This document shows positions 55,662 through 64,000 of a stretch of DNA of 64,000 nucleotides, in pieces. The DNA lies in the NCBI GenBank assembly GCA_964276515.1, contig OZ193910.1:5146001-5210000 (forward strand), in the 5' to 3' direction. Position 1 is the first letter of the stretch. Every line of letters begins with the position of its first letter. Under the pieces are notes generated by a model. It ran no database searches. It had not been told where the DNA came from and was given only the letters and a program-made list of their open reading frames with translations. The position numbers and the translations under genes were made by a program. This stretch comes from Gordius albopunctatus (Eukaryota).

Positions 55662-56519
55662 TTGAATACAAGCATAATAATTTCTACATCTTCTTTTTAA
55701 TATAAACACTTGACGAATGTATGATGCGCATTAGCAATACTATTACATAAATTTGTACGATAGATTGTTATTATTATTATTAATAACTACATCATTTATC
55801 ACTACGCCTTGTTGTATATCCCCCGTCGTCTTTTTTATACTTCACTTCACGTTATTTATGCTCTCTAATATTTGTAATGAATTGAAACTTTGTTATTACT
55901 CTTAAAAACATGCTAAAATATAGCTCGTGTTCTTATATCAATTTTAATAAGTAATTATTGGAGTTTTTGCTAGAATGAATATTTGTGTTTCGATCTCGTC
56001 TCGGTCTCGAAAGCAAAGTCTCGTCTCGGGAGCGATTATTCTCCTCTAGGACTAAAAAAATCTCGGCCTCGTCTCGGCGAGAATTCTCGACTTTTAAGAA
56101 AAATTTATATAAAATAATAATTTCTCCTGTTTTATTAAAAATATTTAAGTGTTACAAAAATTCAAATGGCATACCTTTATATTAAAACACTTTAATACGC
56201 AAACTTTTTAATGATATAGAGCCACACGACCTCATTGACAATATATACATATGAACTAATTCCTAAGGATAACATTTTCTATGGAGTGTAAATTTAAAAA
56301 CATATATATAAATAGAAAGTATAGTACGAAAGGATCGCTTTTTGTTTAATATATAAAATAGCATAACTGTGCATTAAATTTAGAATTGAATAGTGTTGTT
56401 TATTGACAATTTTTAGATTTGAGTCTAGACCAGTAGTACTCCTGAGTGTTTTGCAGCTGAAACATTTATATAGTCAATATGCTAACTGATAATACCTTAT
56501 TAAATTTTATAATTCTAAC

Positions 56520-57762
56520 TAGTGCTGTAAATGAACGCGTTCATGAACGGCGTTCTTTAATTTTTTGGTGAACCTTGAACGTGAACGCGTTTCTTTTTTT
56601 GATGAACGCATTCGAGTTTAACGTTCGTTCAATTTTAAAAACCCTTTTTTATTTGAAAATTAATGGTAATCCGAATTTTTAACAAAAAAGTCTTATATTT
56701 TTTAATCAGCCATTTTCCCTGTTTCCTATTACCAATTCCGAAATGTTTTTAACATACTATAACGTGAAAAAGACGATAAGATTAAAGTTAATTAATTTCA
56801 TATTATTAATTATAGTTTAATTTATAGGTTAATATGGAGAATCATAATATTATATCGTCGTCATCCTCAGATTCTGAATATTCAAAATCAGCAGATGAAT
56901 CAAAATAGGAAAAATATTTTTCACTCGTTTTGATATCATTTTTTTGACGAGGAAGTAGAGGGCGGATTGGAGGATGATATCTTGTCGCAATTTTTTGAAG
57001 CGAGGGACAAAACATTAAATGCTTTTAATAAATTTCCTCCTTTAAAAAATTTGTTTATTAAGTATAATACTCCAATCCCCTCATATACCCCTTTGGAGCG
57101 GGTTTTTAGTATAGCTAATGCTGTATTAACTCCCAAGCGTTCATGGGCGTAGGCAGGGGGGGGGGGCGGCCGCCCCCCCCCCCCTGAATGAGAATTTTTC
57201 TATTTTTTAATGTAAATTTATGTAAAAATTGGAAAAAATTAGTGTTTCGCCCCCCCCTGATTGAAATTAAGTTTTATGTTGAAAATTTTATTTCACGAAC
57301 TTTTGACGCAAATTTAAATTATTATTGAGATTAGTAGTTGCGTTTGTGTTAGTTCCTTCATACATCGTTTACATATCCTCTGTACACTGTACTGTTGATT
57401 AATAATGAGTTTTTATGTGGGTTGAGGCCAAAGAATAGCAAAATATTTTAATTACTAACGTTAAATACCAAAAAAAGGTCTTGGCGACCTTTTTTTTTTT
57501 TTGCTCTCACTTAGTCTCGGCGATTTTTTTTGCTCGCCCCCCCCCTGATCCGAAAGCTGGCTACGCCCATGTGCAAGCGTTCCTGCTTATCAGATGACAA
57601 TATAATTATATTGTCGAAATAAAACTATTATTTTTTATCATGGCTATTTGTTGTATTAAAAAATATAAGACATTTATTTAAATTGAATTTAAAATAAATT
57701 TATCATAAAATTTTGAACGAACGTGAACGCGTTCGATTTTTTTACAAACGTTTACAGCACTA
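56520..57762 (+). mobile_element. Non-autonomous hAT element with dimerisation-domain remnant
   Basis: TIR TAGTGCTGTAAA/TTTACAGCACTA, perfect 8-bp TSD ATTCTAAC, GAACGCGTTC subterminal palindromes; FPPLKNLFIKYNTPIPSYTPLERVFSIA. Confidence 0.9.
57142..57571. mobile_element. MITE nested in the hAT element
   Basis: TIR CATGGGCGTAG/CTACGCCCATG; CAAGCGTT duplicated on both sides (2 extra nt on the right). Confidence 0.85.
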
Positions 57763-60427
57763 ATTCTAACAAATTGTAACATTTGTATCAAATTCACTGT
57801 GTCTGTTAAATTTAAACAGACTTAGAAATTAATAAGTTCACCTATATTTGACTATTTGGGCAAATTGAGACCGCCCATTAATCCTGGCTAAAACCTCAAA
57901 GTTGATCTTAACATATTTAAGGCAAATAATGTTACCTTTTTCTTGACATATGTTTTTAATATTAAGAACTTAAAAAGTTCGTTTCAAAAACAGAAAATAT
58001 AAAATTTTATTACTTAAGATAAATTTCAACATTCCTAAATTGGATACATTAATTTAAAATGTAGAAAGGAGCCATGAGTAAATTATATTCCTAACTTGAT
58101 AACTCACTATTATTTAACCCTGATCTTTTTTTAATTTATCACCTATATCTATCTATAAGGATTAATACGCATCAAATTTTATATAAAGCATAGGATAACA
58201 ACCTAAGTTTAATAATATTTTTTTAAAGCTTAACAACCTAAATTTATCAATATGTCTGAATGAGCGTAAATTGGTAAATAAGTTGATAAATTGCTATAAT
58301 ATATAATTGATTTTCGCTATATCCATATGTTGTTATCAATTGAAATTTTGGTGCAATTTTGACAGATGAAACATTTAATCAAAACCATTGCGTGGTCGAA
58401 TATTTTACTTAGAGGTGATTTCTTTACATTTATTAAATTTTGTGAAACATTTTTGTGAAAACTGTTTGTCAAATTGAAATCCTTTTTATAGCCATGAACA
58501 ATTAAAAAATGGACCTCACGAATATTGGATAAATTACCCAGTATAGAACATCTTACCTTATAGCTGTTATTTCTTTTATTTTATGGAATAATGTGCGCCA
58601 ATTAATTAAATAAATATGTCGCTAAATTTTATTAAATTGATTTTCAAATTGATTTTCAAATTTCACAATAAAGAACGTTATTGAATAAATCAAAAATTAA
58701 ATGGTCTCCAAATTCATTCAAATTTCATTTGTTTCTTTGTATATAAAGGCATATATTTTTTTACACACATTAATAAGTACCCACGCGGTGCAATCTTTAA
58801 AACAATCGACGTTTGTTAATTATGACAAAATCGAAATATGAACATCATCCGGTTTTTAGCTATTTTTATGGCTTCCATATTTACATAATTCATCGATTAA
58901 TTGACAGTCGGTTCAAATTTTTTTATTGGTTGGAGTGTTAAATTTGAGCAAATCTTGTCTCCAGTTTCCGATTGGTGCACACACACAGACACACAAATGA
59001 TCGACAATTCACGAACCGCATGCTAACTAAAAAGAATAAATTATCAAAATACCAGAATTAATTAAATTCCATTTAATAGTTATTTTATTAGTCCATCTTA
59101 ATATTATATATGCGGTGCAAAGACCTCGGAGGAATAGCCTAAAAACATACATAAAGGGCTAAATAAAACTAATCTTATGTAAGCTCATAATACCCTATAT
59201 TACCCTGTGAAAGAGAGAAGATTTAATAAGATAGAGCATAATTTATGAGCCACTTTTTATTCATGATATTTTGGTGGCAAACCAGATCCTAATCAAACCT
59301 ATAGGGTGTACTGTAAATATAACCAGTGTTATTGCTTATATAACCCTAGTATTTAAATCGTATATACTATTTTATTATTATCGTTTTGGGAAATTTATAT
59401 CATGCTAAATCACATTAGATTTTTAATTCTGTCCACTGAAAACTTTAGCTGGATCTGCTTTTATTGTCATAAAAAATGGACTTAATTACGTACAATTTAC
59501 ACTTTACCCAGCAAAAAATCACATTATTTTATATCATAAGTCTTATTATTTACCATTCGGCAAATGTTGAATAATATAAACCTTTTAAACAAATTCTTGC
59601 AAATGTTAAAATAAGTAGTATCTGCCCGTTAACTAAACTTAACAAGCAAAAAAATGGAGGGCGTATCGCAATTATTATTGACTATTTTTTGCATAACAAA
59701 TTGATGATAAAAATGTTTTGCACTTCAATTAAATCTCTGATCAATTGAAATGCACAATTATAAAGTCACAAACACGATGACTTTGTATTCCTTTTAGTTT
59801 TAACTATATTTAAATTTTTGTACAGTTAAGACTTTTTGTATTAAACTTGCCCCCCCTCCCTCCGCCCCCAAAGCGACTCTAAACTTATAATTAAGATTCA
59901 GACAATTGTTGAATTTAGATTTTGGCCCTATATACTGCCATGAAGAACATCAATAATCCTTGCTTTTAAATAAGGTGATCAATTTTTAAAGAATTTCCGC
60001 GATCATTAAGATTTTATTTATATTAGTACTTTAGTATGTGATGAGGGAAGGCGAGAGAAAACACTAAATAAATTTTATGCTGATTCTATTTTTGTTAAAA
60101 GTTATAAACTTATAAAATTAAAAAAATTGAGCACAAATTAATGCCTAATAATAATCATTTGACTACTTAAAAGGTAAATGTTAAAGAGGTTAAACTTTAA
60201 CATTATTATGGCTTGTCTATTAGAGTTACTACAATGTTCCTAAGAGAATCAAAACTTCTTGATGCGCTCGTGATAGTGGAACTAAACTAAATGCCAATAT
60301 GGTTTATATGAATATTTCTTATATTTGAATATGAAATAAAAATTTAGCGAGATAAAACTATTCTAAAATTGTTTTATAGCCGTAAAACTTGATTGTATTA
60401 AAGGTATGTTTTAACAATCTATATACA

Positions 60428-61168
60428 TCAGAGCCCAGAATAGCACGGGCCGAGAATGGGTGGGCAACTGTCTTAAATTTAGATTTCGGGTGGGCTCGGG
60501 CGAGCAATAACATGATTAAGGGAATTTGGGCCTGATGAGATTTTTTATATAGTGTATTATTTTGTTTTCATGTAAAATCTGGTCACTATTTGATTGTTTA
60601 GTATTTATTAATCAAGTTTATCCAAAATAATTTAAGTATTATATTAAACATTTTTGAAAATATAATGTAAATATTGTCAAAAAACTAAAAAATCATTATT
60701 TCGAACCGGGCAGTTCAAGCAGCTCATAATAAAGGCTAGTGGTCAGATTTATTAATAATTTTCTCAAACCGGGCCCGGTCCGTTTTATAAATAAAATTCC
60801 TGCACCCATCACAAACCACCTAAGTGCCCGCCCGGTCATGCCCGAATTATTAAATGCCCGACCCGTATTTATGTATTTTAAGATTTTTAGCAGTAATATC
60901 GTTATATTTTTCAAATTTTTTTGTTTTAATATTTGATTTTTTTATTAACAATTAGGATTACTAAATATTATATTTAAAAAAAGTTATTACACAAAAACAA
61001 AATAACAAAATATTTAAAAAATGTTGAGCCAGATTTGACTGAATCTTGTCTTGGTGCCCGCCCGGGCCCTCTCGAAAGTCTAAATATATATCTGTTGTTC
61101 AGCCCGCCCCAAAGGCCGGGGGGATGTTAAGTTCGGGCAGCGGCCTGGCCGGGCATTTCTGGTCTTTG
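60428..61168. mobile_element. Old hAT-like non-autonomous element
   Basis: Imperfect termini CAGAGCCCAGAA/TTCTGGTCTTTG and GCCCG/CGGGC-rich subterminal repeats; no clear TSD. Confidence 0.45.
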
Positions 61169-63062
61169 ATTCTGGGATCGGACACTCTGAAAGGGTTCGG
61201 CTGAGTCTGGGAAAAAAAATTATTTATAAAATTTGGCCGGACCGCTTTGGGGCAGAAAAATTTAAACAAATCTTACCTCTAATATACTTTTCAGCTTCGC
61301 TTTTTTTTAACACTATAACGTCAAGGTCAAGTGTCTAAGCCACCTAAAGTGCAGTGCTATAAATTAAGTTATGTGATACTGTCTATCGAATTTTAGCGTT
61401 AAAGAGTGATGTAACATACAATTATAGTTTAAAAGCCATATACCTGTCACAAAGTTATTAAATTAATGGGAGTCAAATAAAAAATCAATTTAAATGGACA
61501 GATCAAGGACTTCACTCACTGTTAGCCATTGATATAAATCAAAAGAAGGCAAAGGAAATACTAAGCTAGCCCCTAAAGTCCTAACTTATAATCAAAAGAA
61601 TATTTGTAAACATCCAAAATTTAAAACTAGCTATTTAATTTGTGATTCAGGGTTTACAATTTTAAAAAAAATGTGAGTTTTTCTTCCACGTTAATTTATT
61701 AAATATCTTGGCCAATTTTTAATCAACCAAATAATCGAATGCTCAAGGCGGTTTTATCGTAAAAATCTAAAACACTAAGATAATCCACCCGATTTTTCCA
61801 GATGTTTTAGAAAAGAGTTAATCTCTAATTTGTCATGACAAATCGTAGATTATCTGTAAATAAGATCTATCATTTCGATAGGACGACCTATCATTTAAAA
61901 TTTGAGGCAATGTTGCTTAGAAATTTTACTATTGTTATAGATTGAAAGAAAAAATTTTCAGAATTCAATATTTATACTATGAATAATTACGTTGTAAGCT
62001 TTGTAACAAAACTAATTTTAAACTTTTTCTTATAACAAAAATCTAGATTTAAATCGAAGAAAGACAAGCTTGTTTAGTATAAAAAAAGTTCTGAATATTG
62101 AGTGTCAAAAAACGTTTAAGTTCATGATATTTCATTTTTATAAATGTTTTGAACACTACTAAAATATAACTAAATCGATGTGTAGAAAACAAACTAATTG
62201 CAATAATAAAATGTTCTAAAGCCAATTGTTTCAGCTAAAACTATTTTAATCAATGTTAGAGTATAGAAGAGGGAAAATATATGAAGCTAATTTTTGACAA
62301 GTAGATACAGTTTATTGCCTGCCATGGTTTGGCATTTATGGTTTATCAAGTTCGGTAAATGACAATTTAAGAAAAAGAGTATTGTCATTTTATATTCAAT
62401 TTTAGAAACTGACTTGATCTAAAAATACTTTTAAATTATTATATTTTTTAAAGTTTAAGCATAGAATATTTGTCAACGGATTTCTATTAGGAAGGGCTAC
62501 AAAAACAACGAATTTTTGATAAATCATATATTAACAAAATAAATAAAATAGATCAGAAATTAAAATCAAAGTTATTTTAGATAAAAATAAGAAATTTCCA
62601 AGTTAGACTTAAAGTGCACTTTGCAAGTTATCTCTACGGAGATTTAATTATCTAAATCTTTCTGATCATAATGCTGATTCAAAATCTCTGTTTTACTAAA
62701 TTTTCAAATCTATTCTGAGAGGAAAACATTGGGATTGTTTTTTATAAGACGAACCGAGCCTCAACGAAGAAATTGGAAGAGAACTAGTTTATCCATTTTT
62801 ACACCTTTAGAATGCTCATTTTAATTTTTGTACACAAATTTTGTTATTTCATAATTTATCTGATGATGTTCTTTAATAGCAAAATATTATACATATCATA
62901 ATTTATTATTATCACCCTCGACCATTCGCGTGAAAAGTGCCTATTAAATGATTAAAGTTTAAATTGGTTTGTTTAGCATTTAAAAGGCATACATTAAATT
63001 TTGAGCATTTATTATTTTGACGTTATGAAATATATTCATGAAAAACATTTCATAATATATAT

Positions 63063-63342
63063 CAGGCGAGTAGCCAAGGGGGCAGAAAGAGGGAATTTTC
63101 TGCCCCCTTGACCAAAATGTGAATAGTTTTTTGAAGGTCCATGTTTTTTTTAAGGTACAAAAGCGATAGTAAATGCTCTGATTAATGAAGAGAAGAGACT
63201 TTTACAAAGCTGGTTATATAGCGCCTTGAAGTTTCGCATATATTGCACGCGACGTTTAATTTTGTTACATCTTATAAATAAAAGTGTCGAAAATCTTTTT
63301 GAATTTTTCTTCCCCTTTGAGAAAATCCCGGCTACGCGCCTG
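63063..63342. mobile_element. hAT-type MITE (copy of 51910-52192)
   Basis: Same termini and body; 8-bp TSD ATATATAT. Confidence 0.9.
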
Positions 63343-64000
63343 ATATATATTAACATTATTTTGTGAGTTGATAACTAACTTTTTAATAGCCACATAATTT
63401 GTCTATAAAAAACAACGGATAACCTAAATCGCGTTATCCGATTATAAAAATAGCTGCCCATTCAGTATTACTTATAATAATCATGTTCAAAAATGATATA
63501 AATAATAATGTAGCCTTTACCACATTAAAGATTATTATTTATTTTTTATTAACCCTGAATTATAATCTCACTAAAGGGTATGTAAAAAATGATTTATCGA
63601 TTAATATACGTATTAAGTTTAGAAAACGCAGGTGACATATGCCAGAGGTGTCAGTCTGCATTTATCAATAATTTAGAAACATTAATAATTAGGTGATGCA
63701 GCTCTCACGTAAATGCAAAATCTTAGGAGTGCGATTAAATATTAAATTATTTTAAAGATTGATTTGTAAGGGCAGCTGACCCCCCCCCCCTTCTAATATA
63801 AAAATGATCATATTTTTGAAAATCATCACTTTGCCCTTCTGCAACAGTTTTTTTGTCAATACTATGAAATATAAATTTAATCAGGATAAAAGGAGGGTTA
63901 GGCAGAAGTGTTTGAATAGGAATTCAAACAATTTAATCACAATTTATTCCTTGCAATCTAGTTATTAGGGTTACAAATGTTTATCTAATAGAAATGAAGA

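Noticed and set aside
57800..64000. Further genes in the AT-rich right end
   Set aside because: Only MITE-derived short ORFs seen; I could not assemble a convincing exon chain, though small exons cannot be excluded by eye

Overview
AT-rich animal (invertebrate-type) nuclear scaffold with spliceosomal introns and two 200-N gaps. Intact-looking genes: (1) a 3-exon N-acylated globin X-like gene on the minus strand (2259-9443) in which the three canonical heme residues appear substituted (CD1 Phe>Ile, distal E7 His>Thr, proximal F8 His>Tyr); (2) a 3-exon ZDHHC2/15/20-type palmitoyltransferase (52962-55661). The centre (11.9-40.5 kb) looks like a tandem duplication. However, 21612-24066 is the reverse complement of 33889-36343, so the middle contig is most simply flipped. 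The underlying locus is then a large palindrome with (TATG)n/(CATA)n arrays at its outer ends and two convergent trypsin-like genes lacking the catalytic-Ser exon around a 1.1-kb spacer. The (TATG)n array lies inside a non-autonomous Helitron-like element, and the (CATA)n array directly abuts a 5'-truncated, intron-containing MULE transposase. A 131-bp tandem repeat at 46.66-47.2 kb resolves into repeated 93-bp exon + 38-bp intron units of a probably pseudogenised secreted-protein gene. The rest is hAT/piggyBac MITEs and Gypsy, BEL/Pao and CRE-like retroelement relics. All family assignments come from motif recognition by eye; no searches were run.
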